A stretch of DNA of 64,000 nucleotides. It comes from Verrucomicrobiia bacterium. Lineage in GTDB: Bacteria > Verrucomicrobiota > Verrucomicrobiia > Limisphaerales > UBA1319. The notes below the pieces were generated by a model. That model searched no databases and was not told where the DNA came from. It worked only from the letters and a program-made list of their open reading frames with translations. How positions within the stretch are numbered: the stretch's first letter is position 1; every line of letters starts with the position of its first letter. A program made the position numbers and the translations under genes. Below, piece after piece: positions 26,642 through 36,875 of this stretch. Where the stretch lies: the NCBI GenBank assembly GCA_963664225.1, contig OY760937.1:4160001-4224000 (forward strand), given 5' to 3'.

Positions 26642-27220
26642 ATGCCTAAAGTCGAAGTCGTATTAACGCAAAACGTCGTGGGCCTCGGGTCCGAATCCGA
26701 TCAAGTCAAAGTCGCCGCCGGTTACGCGCGCAATTATTTGCTCCCGTACCGCCTGGCCATTCCTGTGACCGCCGTCAATAAGCGGCGCATGGAAGCGCTC
26801 AAACAGCGCCGCGCGGAGCGTGAGGCCCATGAGTTGAACACCATGATGGAGCTTTCCAAGGCCCTGTCGAAGGTGACTCTCCTGATCAAGGTCAAAACAG
26901 GCGAAGGCGACAAGATTTACGGTTCTGTGACCGCGGGCACCATATCGGACGAGCTCAAGCATCAGATGGATGTCACGCTGGACAAACGCAAAATTCATCT
27001 CGAGAAGACCATTCGTACCCTGGGTCAATACGAGGTTCCCCTGCATCTGCATGCCGACGTTTCCACGACCTTGAAGGTCACCGTCGAGAGCAACGCTCCG
27101 AAGAGCACGCCGGAGGAGATCGCCGCGATTGCCGCCAAGGAAGCCGCCGCCAAGGCCGATGAAAGACCGGCCCGCAGGGAACGGCCCGAGCGCAAGGCTC
27201 AGGCGCCCAAAGCCTCCTAA
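26642..27220 (+). CDS. rplI: 50S ribosomal protein bL9
   Basis: VKVAAGYARNYLLP, KIYGSVT and IRTLG motifs. Confidence 0.97.
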   Translation: MPKVEVVLTQNVVGLGSESDQVKVAAGYARNYLLPYRLAIPVTAVNKRRMEALKQRRAEREAHELNTMMELSKALSKVTLLIKVKTGEGDKIYGSVTAGTISDELKHQMDVTLDKRKIHLEKTIRTLGQYEVPLHLHADVSTTLKVTVESNAPKSTPEEIAAIAAKEAAAKADERPARRERPERKAQAPKAS

Positions 27221-27289
27221 GAAGATCGGCCAAAACGGCCGCTCGAGGAATTGCGAGTGCCAGACACCCGCTTTTTCAAGGTTTGATTT

Positions 27290-27326
27290 AATAAAAAAGA
27301 CCGGAGTTTATCCGGTCTTTTTTATT
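27290..27326. terminator. Bidirectional intrinsic terminator
   Basis: AATAAAAAAGACCGGA-gttta-TCCGGTCTTTTTTATT between convergent rplI and the SBP gene. Confidence 0.9.
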
Positions 27327-27349
27327 GTCTGAATTAAAAGCGGATTCCA

Positions 27350-28492
27350 CTATTTCACAAGTTTCCACTCCCCATTTTCCACTTTCACCATCACCAGTGA
27401 ATTGATATCCAGACCGCAATGGTCGGTGGGGCTGAGGGTGTAAATGCCGCTCACGCCGACATAGCCACTGGTTTTTTCGATCGCGTCGCGCAGGGCGTTG
27501 GGTTCAGTACCGGCTTTTTTGAGGGCTTCAAACACAATTTGCACGGCATCCCAGGCATAGCCGGAATGGGTGCTCATGGCGCCGATTTTGCGATTCTGGA
27601 ATTCTTTTGCAAAATCCAGCACCACAGTTCGTTGGGGATCATTCTCGGGCAATTGATCTCCCACCATGAGTTTTGTGGAGGGCATCGCGGTCCCATTGGC
27701 CGCCTCGCCCGCCAGCTTCACATAGGCGGCATCCGGCTGGCCGTGGCATTGGAATAACGGTATATCGGATGCGTTCTGGCTGGCATTTTTTGCAATCATC
27801 GCTCCCGCCGGGCCAATGGTCCAAACCACGATGGCCTGGGGTTTGGCGGAAGCCAGTTTCATCCATTGCACCGCCATGTCCGTGTCGTTGGGATCGAAGG
27901 ATTCCTGGGCCAGAATTTCGATGCCGTATTTCGCGGCCATGGATTTGAGGCAGGCCTCTCCTTCCTGCCCGAATTTGTCGGAGGCGGTGAGGACGCCGAT
28001 CTTCGTCAGGCCTTTTTCCTTGAGATGGGTGTAAAGCCGCTCGACCGCCGTGCTGGTGCGCTGGGGAGTTTTAAAGACCCATTTGCGCGCGGGATTCACC
28101 GGCGCGTCTCCACCCACGCAGGCCACCATGGGGATTTTGGCCTCCTCGATGGCGTTCATGCAGGCCATGGCCGCCCCGGTGGTTGTGGGGCCAATGACGG
28201 CCACCACCTTGTCCTTGCCCAGTAACCGTTTCAGCGCCACGACCGCCTGCGAAGGCTCGCTTTGCGTGTCGGCCACGATGAGTTCAATCTGGCGTCCATT
28301 TAGGCCGCCGCTTTTATTGATGCGATCCACCATCATTTGCGCCACTTCCTTTGTGGGCGCGCCGATTTGCTGGGCCTTTCCCGACAGGTCGAATAAACCG
28401 CCGATTTTGATCGCCTCTTCGGCGCGGACCGACAGGATTATGAGAAGGGCAGCGCCCACCGTTAAGAACTTATGGATCGAGTGCTTGATCAT
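27350..28492 (-). CDS. Branched-chain amino acid-type ABC substrate-binding protein (LivJ/K family)
   Basis: Signal peptide; IKIGGLFDLSG, INKSGGLNGRQIELIVAD and VIGPTTTG motifs. Confidence 0.9.
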   Translation of the reverse strand: MIKHSIHKFLTVGAALLIILSVRAEEAIKIGGLFDLSGKAQQIGAPTKEVAQMMVDRINKSGGLNGRQIELIVADTQSEPSQAVVALKRLLGKDKVVAVIGPTTTGAAMACMNAIEEAKIPMVACVGGDAPVNPARKWVFKTPQRTSTAVERLYTHLKEKGLTKIGVLTASDKFGQEGEACLKSMAAKYGIEILAQESFDPNDTDMAVQWMKLASAKPQAIVVWTIGPAGAMIAKNASQNASDIPLFQCHGQPDAAYVKLAGEAANGTAMPSTKLMVGDQLPENDPQRTVVLDFAKEFQNRKIGAMSTHSGYAWDAVQIVFEALKKAGTEPNALRDAIEKTSGYVGVSGIYTLSPTDHCGLDINSLVMVKVENGEWKLVK

Positions 28493-28615
28493 GGTGATTA
28501 TGGTTTTAAGGGCCGACGCGGACGGTAGAGATCGTCTTTATGACTGTCACGCGAAATTATTTCCGAACGGCACAATCTCAACAAACTCCTGCATGGAACC
28601 CGTACCGCGCAGGCT

Positions 28616-29332
28616 TTACTGGCCCAGATAGGTCTGGCGTACTTCGTCTGAGTCCATGAGGTCTTTGGCGGGACCATTCATGACCACACGGCCATTCTTG
28701 AGCACGTAAGCGCGGTCCGCAACGCGCAGGGCGCCTTGAACGTTTTGCTCCGCGAGCACGATGGCCAGGCCTGAGTCCCTGAGCTGTCGGATTTGATTGA
28801 ACATCGCGGCCACGAGCAGCGGCGCCAGGCCGGTGGACGGCTCGTCCAATAGGAGAACACGCGGAGACCCGGTCAACGCCCTGGCCAGCGCCAGCATCTG
28901 CTGCTGACCGCCGCTCAAACTGCCTGCGCGGTCCTGGAGTTTGGCCTTCAAATCCGGGAAGCGCTCGCAGGCCTGGTCCACGCGCAGGGCCATTTCCGCG
29001 CCCCGGATTTTTTGGGCGTAGCCGCCCATCCGCAAATTTTCGAGGACCGACATGCCGGGGAAGAGTCCGCGTCCCTCAGGCACGAGAGCCAGGCCCTGGG
29101 CCGCAATCCGGTGCGCGGGCCAACCTGCGAGATCACGGTCTTCGAGTTGAATGCGCCCTTCCTGGGGCAGTTCCAGTCCGGCGATGGTTTTGAGCAACGT
29201 GCTTTTGCCCGCGCCATTGGCCCCGAGCAGGGCCACGATCTCCCCCTTTTGAACATTCATCGAGATGCCGTGCAGGACGCGCAGCGGTCCGTAGCCGGAG
29301 CACAAATGAATTACCTTCAGCATGGATTGCAT
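28616..29332 (-). CDS. livF: LivF-type ABC ATPase
   Basis: LGANGAGKSTLL, VPEGR, LSGGQQQMLA and LDEPSTGLAP motifs. Confidence 0.9.
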   Translation of the reverse strand: MQSMLKVIHLCSGYGPLRVLHGISMNVQKGEIVALLGANGAGKSTLLKTIAGLELPQEGRIQLEDRDLAGWPAHRIAAQGLALVPEGRGLFPGMSVLENLRMGGYAQKIRGAEMALRVDQACERFPDLKAKLQDRAGSLSGGQQQMLALARALTGSPRVLLLDEPSTGLAPLLVAAMFNQIRQLRDSGLAIVLAEQNVQGALRVADRAYVLKNGRVVMNGPAKDLMDSDEVRQTYLGQ

Positions 29333-30099
29333 GAATTACCTCCGACTCCCAGATAAGCCATGCAGACCTTTTCATCCCGCTGAGCTTCCGTTGGCGCGCC
29401 ATCGAAAATCAACGCCCCCCGATCCAGCACCAAAACGCGATGGGCGAGGTTCATCACCAGACTCATGTCGTGCTCGACCAGCAGGATGGTCGTGCCCTGG
29501 TTATGGAGGCGTCGGATGAGGCTGCCCAGAGCCGCAGTCTCGGTGGCGTTGAGGCCCGCCGCCGGTTCGTCGAGCAGCAGCAGGCGCGGTTTCAAGGCCA
29601 TGGCACGGGCGATTTCCACGAGTCGCTGCTGTCCAAATGGAATTCCCCCGGCGGGTTGGTCGGCCAGGGCGTGAACACCGGCCTCCTGCAAAAGGTAGAA
29701 TGCCTTTTTCATTCTCAGCCGTTCCTCGTGCCAGGCACGCGAGGTGGGGAGGCAGGCGCGCAAGAAACCGGTCTGGCCCATGCCCGTCATGACATTATCG
29801 CGAACGGTCATGTTGGGAAACAAACGCACGTTTTGAAAGGTGCGCGCAATGCCCAAGGCACAGGCGTTTTGGGAGGAAGCAATCCTGCCGCCTGCGCAAA
29901 GGATTTCGCCCCGGGTTGGCGTCAGTGCGCCTGCGATCAGATTGAACAGTGTCGTTTTACCCGCGCCATTGGGGCCGATCAGCGCGGCGAGCGAACCTTC
30001 AGGCAAATCAAACGAAACGGCGTCGACCGCGGTGTGCCCCCCGAATTGGCGGGTCACGCTACGGACGGACAACAGGGTCGGCTCGAGGCGATCACTCAC
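29317..30099 (-). CDS. livG: LivG-type ABC ATPase
   Basis: IGPNGAGKTTLFN, GIARTFQN, LDEPAAGLN, VEHDM and AYLG motifs. Confidence 0.9.
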   Translation of the reverse strand: MSDRLEPTLLSVRSVTRQFGGHTAVDAVSFDLPEGSLAALIGPNGAGKTTLFNLIAGALTPTRGEILCAGGRIASSQNACALGIARTFQNVRLFPNMTVRDNVMTGMGQTGFLRACLPTSRAWHEERLRMKKAFYLLQEAGVHALADQPAGGIPFGQQRLVEIARAMALKPRLLLLDEPAAGLNATETAALGSLIRRLHNQGTTILLVEHDMSLVMNLAHRVLVLDRGALIFDGAPTEAQRDEKVCMAYLGVGGNSCNPC

Positions 30100-30196
30100 A
30101 GTATCGAATCAACCGCTCCGTGCCACACGGAACAGCGGCGCTCATTCATAGAGGCAGGGTGTTTGATTGTCAGGTGAAAAGGACTGCGGTTGTGAT

Positions 30197-30228
30197 AAAA
30201 CAAAAACGGCGGCCTTTTGAGCCGCCGT
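30197..30228 (-). terminator. Intrinsic terminator after argG
   Basis: Minus strand ACGGCGGC-tcaaaag-GCCGCCGT followed by TTTTGTTT. Confidence 0.7.
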
Positions 30229-30257
30229 CTCGAGAATACATTATTTTATGGGGCGTG

Positions 30258-31496
30258 CTATTTCCTGCCCTTGCGCGCGGCGGCATGAACCTTGGCCGCC
30301 ACTTTCAATCGCAAGCCGTTCAAACGGATGAAGCCTGTGGCGTCATCCTGGTTGTAGGCCTGGGTGGGGTCGGCCTCCATCGTGGCGATCTGGGGGTTGT
30401 AGAGGCTCACGGGGGATTTGCGGCCGGCCGTGATGATGTTGCCCTTGTAGAGCTTCACACGGACGGTGCCGGTCACGTTTTTCTGGCTCTCGGTCACCAG
30501 AGCCTGCAGGGCGAGGCGTTCGGGAGCGAACCAGAATCCGTAGTAAACCAGTTCGGAATAGCGGGGGATCAGGGAATCGCGCAGGTGCATGACCTCGCGG
30601 TCCATGGTCAGGGACTCCATCTGGCGATGGGCGAAATGCAAGATTGCGCCGCCGGGGGTCTCATAAACACCGCGGGATTTCATGCCCACGAAGCGGTTTT
30701 CCACCATATCGACACGTCCGACACCGTGCTTGCCGCCGAGACGATTGAGCGTTTTCATCACGCCCAGCGGGTTCATGCGTTTGCCGTTGACCGCGACGCA
30801 ATTGCCCTGCTCGAAATCCAGGATCACATACTCGGACTTGTTGGGGGCGTCCTCGGGAGAGACGCTCAATTTGTACATTTCCTTGTATTTGGGATCCGAG
30901 GCATCCATCCAGGGATCCTCCATGATGCCGGCCTCGTAGGAAATATGCAGGAGGTTGCGGTCCATGGAATAGGGCTTCTTGGAGCTGGCCTCGACCGGGA
31001 TTTTTTTGTCCTGACAATATTTGATCATCTCGGCCCGTCCCGGAAATTCGCTTCGGAAGGAGGCGTCGCGCCAGGGGGCGATGACTTCCAACTCGGGGGC
31101 CAGGGCGGCGACGGTCAGTTCGAAACGGACCTGGTCGTTGCCTTTGCCGGTGGCGCCATGCGCGACGGCATCCGCCTTCTCCGCACGCGCGATTTCGACC
31201 ATGCGTTTGGCAATCAATGGACGGGCGATGCTGGTGCCCAGGAAATACTGGCCCTCGTAAATCGCCCCGGCCTGCATCATCGGGAAGATGAAGTCACTGG
31301 CGAATTCCTCGCTCAAATCGTCGATGTAGAGCTTGGACGCGCCCGTCTTCATCGCCTTTTGTTTCAGGCCTTTGAGCTCGTCCTCCTGGCCGACATCGGC
31401 GCAAAAGGCGATCATCTCCGCCTGATATTTATCCTTGATCCACGAGAGCAGCACCGAAGTGTCGAGTCCGCCCGAATACGCTAAAACAATTTTCAT
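30258..31496 (-). CDS. argG: Argininosuccinate synthase
   Basis: [31 protein letters not shown] and [17 protein letters not shown] motifs. Confidence 0.98.
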   Translation of the reverse strand: MKIVLAYSGGLDTSVLLSWIKDKYQAEMIAFCADVGQEDELKGLKQKAMKTGASKLYIDDLSEEFASDFIFPMMQAGAIYEGQYFLGTSIARPLIAKRMVEIARAEKADAVAHGATGKGNDQVRFELTVAALAPELEVIAPWRDASFRSEFPGRAEMIKYCQDKKIPVEASSKKPYSMDRNLLHISYEAGIMEDPWMDASDPKYKEMYKLSVSPEDAPNKSEYVILDFEQGNCVAVNGKRMNPLGVMKTLNRLGGKHGVGRVDMVENRFVGMKSRGVYETPGGAILHFAHRQMESLTMDREVMHLRDSLIPRYSELVYYGFWFAPERLALQALVTESQKNVTGTVRVKLYKGNIITAGRKSPVSLYNPQIATMEADPTQAYNQDDATGFIRLNGLRLKVAAKVHAAARKGRK

Positions 31497-31772
31497 AAGT
31501 CAGTTTCCAAACCTTGATCGTCTAAACCAAACCCTAATTAACGCAAATTTACGCCGGTAGAAAAGAATTTATTGCACGTGCGGCAACGGTCGCCGCGCGC
31601 CTTTCTTGCTTTTCACGGGGAGTTTGCCTATTGATAAGCGCATGCTGAACACGAGCGCGCTCGATCCGGCCCGCCTCGCGGGCCATCGAATAATACAGTT
31701 TTGGACCGCGAAAAACGCGCGTTCTGGCCGATTACTGCTGCCCGGGTATGGTGCCTGGTGGATGGGATTGCC

Positions 31773-32738
31773 ATGAAGCCGCGCGTGCTCATTGATTTTT
31801 GCGATTTCCACCCTGGATTCAACAAGGTGGACAATTTTTTCTACAACCTGTTGAAGGACCGGTTCGACCTGTGTATTTGCGACCAGCCGGATTTCTTGAT
31901 TTACGATCTGTTTGGCCAACAGCACAAACTGCACACCGGGGTGCGGATTTTTTTTACGGGTGAATCCAACGCGCCGGACTACTCGGTATGCGACTACGCC
32001 CTGACCTGTCATCACCTCGATGACCCGCGTCATTGCCGGCTTCCGTTTTATGTCCTGTATGGCGGAGCGGAACCGTTGATCAGGGGTGGCGAGAAGCCTG
32101 AAGAAATACTGGCCGGGAAATCGCGGTTTTGCTCGTTTGTGGTCAGCGGCCACAATCGGCGCAAGAACGGGAACCGGGTGCAGTTTTTTCAAAAACTCTC
32201 CCGTTACAAGAAGGTCGATTCCGGGGGACGCCTGCTCAACAATATTGGCGGGCCCATTCCCGGTTGGTCTGCAGGGAAGCTGGAATTCCTGCGGGCCTAC
32301 AAGTTCAACATCGCATTTGAAAACATGTCCATTCCGGGTTACACGACGGAGAAACTTTACGAGGCCATGCATGCCCGTTGCCTGCCCATTTATTGGGGCG
32401 ATCCGCTGGTGAGCCGGGATTTTAATCCGCGCAGTTTTCTCAACCGGGTTGATTTCCCGAGCGATGAGGCGTTGATCGAAAAGGTCATCGAACTGGACCG
32501 CGACGACGCCAAATATCTGGAATACGCGCGGCAGCCATATTTTCATCAGGACAAGCCCAATGAGTATTTCGATCGCGAACGCCTGTTAAAATTCTTTGAG
32601 CGCATTTTTTCCACGCCGATCACGCCCAACGGGCAGAGGAAGCGATTTTTTTCCCCGGGACGATGGGTGATGGCGAAAAAATATCATCGCCACACGGTGA
32701 CCTTTCTCGACGGGACCGAACCCACCGCTACGAAATGA
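31773..32738 (+). CDS. Alpha-1,3/4-fucosyltransferase (GT10)
   Basis: IFFTGES, FCSFVVS, KVDSGG and the fucosyltransferase motif YKFNIAFEN...GYTTEKL...PIYWG. Confidence 0.9.
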   Translation: MKPRVLIDFCDFHPGFNKVDNFFYNLLKDRFDLCICDQPDFLIYDLFGQQHKLHTGVRIFFTGESNAPDYSVCDYALTCHHLDDPRHCRLPFYVLYGGAEPLIRGGEKPEEILAGKSRFCSFVVSGHNRRKNGNRVQFFQKLSRYKKVDSGGRLLNNIGGPIPGWSAGKLEFLRAYKFNIAFENMSIPGYTTEKLYEAMHARCLPIYWGDPLVSRDFNPRSFLNRVDFPSDEALIEKVIELDRDDAKYLEYARQPYFHQDKPNEYFDRERLLKFFERIFSTPITPNGQRKRFFSPGRWVMAKKYHRHTVTFLDGTEPTATK

Positions 32739-32742
32739 TCCC

Positions 32743-33936
32743 ATGAGCGCGCGCCTGCTGTATCTGGGTTTCGCTTTCCCCCCGGGAATGCAGCATCTGC
32801 ACCCGGGATTAAACCCGGCGGGACACAACTTCGAGACCGGATTGATGCGAGCGTTTCCGGAAGGTTGGGACATTCGTTCGGTCGGCGTCCTGCCCGTTGA
32901 ACCGCCTGCAACGCTCGATGCGGCCAAATCCCTGGGACTGCCGCATTCGCTGGTTTTGCTGGATCGCAAGCCGGAGCATATCCATCGGCGGCTTGGCCTG
33001 TGGCGTCTGATCCGTGCCTACCAACAATGGGAGCGCGAGGGCTGGGTTCCCGATGCGATCCTCGTTTACAATCTCTCGCCTGTTTACAACGGCTTCATTC
33101 GGTGGCTGGAGCGTCGGAAACGACGCCCGAAATTGATTGTGCTTTTTGCGGACAGCTCGACCCTTGGACATCCCATGTCCTGGACCAAACGCTTGCGTTA
33201 CCGATTCAAACCGCTTGTATATCCCGACGAGGAAATGTTGCGGCTGTTCGATGGCGCCATTGCCCTGAGCCGTGATACAAAGTGGTTTTGGGATGCGAAC
33301 CGGATTCCGTGGTTGTGGATGCCCGGAGGCTGCGATCCGGCCTGGGCGCCTGCGGATTTTCCGCCCGACAAACACGACGAAGTTGCTTTTGGCTATTTTG
33401 GCGCGCTCGCGGCCCATTCCGGAATTCTGCCGCTGGTCGAGGCGTTTCTCGGAGCAAACCTCCTGGCGACACTGCATGTTTGCGGATACGGCCGGTTGGG
33501 TCCGGTGATTGAAGAATTGGCGCAAAAGCATTCCCGGCTCAAATATCACGGCTTGCTCGATCATCCAGCCGATTGCCTGGCGCTGGCTCAAAGCTGGGAC
33601 GTGCTGGTTAATCCCCGCCCGTGCGGTTGGGGCAACGAAAACAATTTTCCATCGAAAGTATTTCAATACGCCATGGCCGGACGCGCGATTCTTACAACCC
33701 GGCTTGCGGGCGTGGATGATGTGTTGGGAGAGGACGCGTTCTATCTGGAAGACGGCGATTTTGCGAGGACCATGCCGACCCTGCTGCAACGGCTCTCGAA
33801 ATGGCCGCGACTGGACTTGCGCTTACGGGGGAGCCGCCTCCGCACGCGCATGATGGAACACTACTCCTGGCGTGTTCAGGCGGGCCGTATTGCGGAGTTC
33901 ATTCTATTTAAAATCAGCAGCCCGGATGGCTGTTAA
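32743..33936 (+). CDS. GT-B glycosyltransferase (GT4-like)
   Basis: YFGAL, DVLVNPR and FPSKVFQYAMAGRAILTT motifs. Confidence 0.8.
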   Translation: MSARLLYLGFAFPPGMQHLHPGLNPAGHNFETGLMRAFPEGWDIRSVGVLPVEPPATLDAAKSLGLPHSLVLLDRKPEHIHRRLGLWRLIRAYQQWEREGWVPDAILVYNLSPVYNGFIRWLERRKRRPKLIVLFADSSTLGHPMSWTKRLRYRFKPLVYPDEEMLRLFDGAIALSRDTKWFWDANRIPWLWMPGGCDPAWAPADFPPDKHDEVAFGYFGALAAHSGILPLVEAFLGANLLATLHVCGYGRLGPVIEELAQKHSRLKYHGLLDHPADCLALAQSWDVLVNPRPCGWGNENNFPSKVFQYAMAGRAILTTRLAGVDDVLGEDAFYLEDGDFARTMPTLLQRLSKWPRLDLRLRGSRLRTRMMEHYSWRVQAGRIAEFILFKISSPDGC

Positions 33937-34088
33937 TGGAATTTTATTCCAATATTGCCAATCCAGATTTTGATGAGCAGAGTTGTTTGGGTAATATCGG
34001 AAACATGCCATGTCCACGGTCCATTAATGGGAGAAAATAAGAACGCAAAATGGAAGCGAAGAGTTGGGTTTGAGGTCGTAAACTATTT

Positions 34089-35297
34089 ATGAAAACCCCC
34101 TATTTCAGCGTGGTTATTCCAACCAAAGGGCGCAGTTTTCTGATGGCTGGCGCCATCGAGAGTGTGCTTCGCCAGACTTTTTCCGACCTCGAGCTTATCG
34201 TATGCGACAACGATGATGGCGAGGCCACGCACGAGGTGGTGGCCAGGTTTAACGATCCTCGGTTGCGTTATCACCGCACTGGAAATTTATCCATGCCTGA
34301 CAACTGGGACAACGGTTTTGCCCAGGCGCGTGGCGAATACCTGCTCATCCTGGAGGATAAACAGGCCTTCAAATTGCGGTCGCTGGAGCGCATTCATCGC
34401 GCGACGGAAAAGGAGCGACCGGAATGTCTTCGTTGGCTTGTGGATTGGCTGGATGACACAGGAACGATGACTTTCGTGGATCGTCCAAAAACAACGGGCG
34501 CTGTGCGTCTAATGCGGCCCAACGAAATACTTGAGCAGATCGCCCACCACGATCTGGATGCGGTCTCCCGATATCTGCCCATTGGACATTTTTCGGGGTT
34601 CCATCGCTCCCTGTGCGACAAAATCAGGAACGGCGCGATGCATCGCCTTTGCCCGCCAGTTTCGCCGGATTACACGCTGGGTTATCAAGCGGTGGCGTAT
34701 GCAGAAAGTGTCTTGTTTTTTGATGAGGCACTCGTGGCCTCGTCCCGGGTAAACAGCAATGGCCGCAGCTTCGTTCTTAAGAAAGGCGACCTGCGGCATC
34801 GATTTGTGAAGGAGCTTGGGGGAAGCGAGGATATCTTTTTCGATTGTTCGCCCGTCAAGGCCATCACGATTCCGGGCAGTATTTACAACGATTATTTGCG
34901 AGTGCGCCAGGCCGTGGGTGGACGGTTGCTTCAATACCCCATAAACTGGCCCAATTACTTTGCCGAGATCCATCGCTTTATCGTGGGCTGCCAGGAGAAC
35001 GGGGTGAACATGGATTCCGAACTGAAGGCCTGGGAAAAGGGGCTGCAATCCCAAACCGCCGATATTCAGGCGCGCGTGGCAGAAGCGCTTTGTGCCAAGG
35101 GGCCGATTTGGAAAGATAAGCTGCATTCCTTTACCAAAGGCATTCGACGAAAAACCGGATTGCTCGGATTGGAACACGCCTTCAAAGCGCGGCTGAACCT
35201 GATTTTTAAGCGAAAACTGGCGGGTCGTTTCACCAGCTTGTTTCAATACATCGAATGGGAAGATGCCCAGGCGAATGGATTGAGCCGCGAAAAGTGA
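34089..35297 (+). CDS. Glycosyltransferase family 2
   Basis: FSVVIPT, AIESVLRQTF, ELIVCDN and ARGEYLLILED motifs. Confidence 0.88.
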   Translation: MKTPYFSVVIPTKGRSFLMAGAIESVLRQTFSDLELIVCDNDDGEATHEVVARFNDPRLRYHRTGNLSMPDNWDNGFAQARGEYLLILEDKQAFKLRSLERIHRATEKERPECLRWLVDWLDDTGTMTFVDRPKTTGAVRLMRPNEILEQIAHHDLDAVSRYLPIGHFSGFHRSLCDKIRNGAMHRLCPPVSPDYTLGYQAVAYAESVLFFDEALVASSRVNSNGRSFVLKKGDLRHRFVKELGGSEDIFFDCSPVKAITIPGSIYNDYLRVRQAVGGRLLQYPINWPNYFAEIHRFIVGCQENGVNMDSELKAWEKGLQSQTADIQARVAEALCAKGPIWKDKLHSFTKGIRRKTGLLGLEHAFKARLNLIFKRKLAGRFTSLFQYIEWEDAQANGLSREK

Positions 35298-35309
35298 CGG
35301 ACTGATCCC

Positions 35310-36716
35310 TTATGGTTGTTGGCGCGCCACACGCAGGTTGCCACGCGCCAGCGAGGCGAAGATGCCCGCGCAGCAGAGCAGTGCGAATACGCTGAAGGCC
35401 AGACGCATGCTCGTCACGAATTCCGGGGCCTGGCTGGCGGCGGGCACATCGCTTTTCATTTTCACGGCAAAGATCAGCATCACGATTCCCATGCTGAACA
35501 TCTGGCCTGTGAGCCGCATGGTACCCAGGGTTGCTGAGGCGATGCCATACCATTCCTTGCCCACCGAACTCATCACGGCATTCGTGTTCGGTGATGAGAA
35601 GAGCGCAAAGCCGATCCCAAGCAGTATGAGGTTCGCCAGGATGAAATTGGTGGTCAAGGGGCTGCGGTGCAGCGCGAACAGTGCAAGGCCGGTGGCGGTG
35701 AATCCCATCCCCAGCGAAGCCACATGGCGCGGTTCCAAACGGTCGGACATCGTTCCAGCCACGGGCGACAGCAGGGCCATCACAACGGGTTGAATCACCA
35801 GCATCAGACCCGCGCGTTGGGAGGTCAGGCGCAGAATGTCCTGGAGATAGAGGCTGAGGAGAAAAGTCACTGCGGCGGTGGCGCTGTAGTTGATCAATGC
35901 CGCGAGGTTGGACATGGCATAGACCGTGTTGTTGCGGAACAAATGCAGGTCCAAAACGGGGTTTGAAATCCGCGCTTCCCGGATCAGGAAAAGGCCCAAT
36001 ACCAGCGCTCCGCCAAGAACCGTCATCAAGCCGCTCCAGGTGGTGATGCGTGACATGCCCAGCATCAAACCGACAAACGAAACGCTGTAGAGGAGGGAAC
36101 CAGCCAGGTCGAACCGTTCGTTTCGCGGCTTCGGAACATCTTCGCGCACCTTCCAGGCAACCAGCCCGCACGCGCAAATGCCAATAAGGAAATTCACGAA
36201 GAAGATGCTTCTCCATCCAAATTGATGCGTGAGCATCCCGCCCAGAAACGGACCCATGGAAAGTCCCAGGTAAACGGAGGCCACATTGATTCCCAGCATC
36301 CGGCCACGTTGTGGCGGAGGGGTGGCTCCAGTGAGAATCGCCATGCTCGTGGCAAAAATCATCGAGGAGCCGATTCCCTGAAATGCGCGCAATGCAATGA
36401 GCATCCAGCCGGACGTTGACAACATCAGGCCGAACGAGGCGAGGGATATGATGACCATGCCCCGCAGGAACACCCGCCGTCTCCCATACAGATCGGCCCA
36501 TTTTCCAAACGGCACGAGCAGGACCGCCGCGGTGATGAGGAACGCGGTGGCCACCCAGCTCAGGAGCATGGCATCCATTTTGAACTCCGCACCGATCGAA
36601 GGCAGCGCAATATTAACCGCCGATCCCATGAACGGTGTCAAAAAAGAGGCCGCCACCGTCACCACCTGCGTGGCGCGGCATTCAGCCGGAGTCGGAGCCT
36701 GTAAAGTGTCACTCAC
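35310..36716 (-). CDS. MFS efflux transporter (DHA2, EmrB/QacA-like)
   Basis: VNIALPSI, motif A GKWADLYGRRR, GPFLGG and WRSIFFVN; about 14 TM helices. Confidence 0.9.
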   Translation of the reverse strand: MSDTLQAPTPAECRATQVVTVAASFLTPFMGSAVNIALPSIGAEFKMDAMLLSWVATAFLITAAVLLVPFGKWADLYGRRRVFLRGMVIISLASFGLMLSTSGWMLIALRAFQGIGSSMIFATSMAILTGATPPPQRGRMLGINVASVYLGLSMGPFLGGMLTHQFGWRSIFFVNFLIGICACGLVAWKVREDVPKPRNERFDLAGSLLYSVSFVGLMLGMSRITTWSGLMTVLGGALVLGLFLIREARISNPVLDLHLFRNNTVYAMSNLAALINYSATAAVTFLLSLYLQDILRLTSQRAGLMLVIQPVVMALLSPVAGTMSDRLEPRHVASLGMGFTATGLALFALHRSPLTTNFILANLILLGIGFALFSSPNTNAVMSSVGKEWYGIASATLGTMRLTGQMFSMGIVMLIFAVKMKSDVPAASQAPEFVTSMRLAFSVFALLCCAGIFASLARGNLRVARQQP

Positions 36717-36822
36717 AATCCATTTACATTAGTTCCGCCATCAAAAGAAACGATTCAAATTTTACTCCTGCGAGGTGTCGAGGAAAATAAAGTGAGATAA
36801 CCTTAGGTTGAAGATGTTCTTA

Positions 36823-36860
36823 TGTGATACACTTTCAAGTTCAGATTGAATTAATCTGAA
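36823..36860. promoter_or_regulatory. Candidate operator sites upstream of the ice-binding protein gene
   Basis: TGTGA-N6-TTCAA (CRP/FNR-like) at 36823-36838 and TTCAGATT-N5-AATCTGAA at 36840-36860. Confidence 0.35.
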
Positions 36861-36875
36861 TAGCAGCAGTATATA

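Noticed and set aside
29949..31484. Long + strand ORF of 511 aa (likewise 21520-22605 +, 51594-53294 +, 35230-36501 - and 18285-19232 -)
   Set aside because: These are antisense or alternative-frame shadows of well-supported genes, expected in GC-rich DNA, with no motifs.
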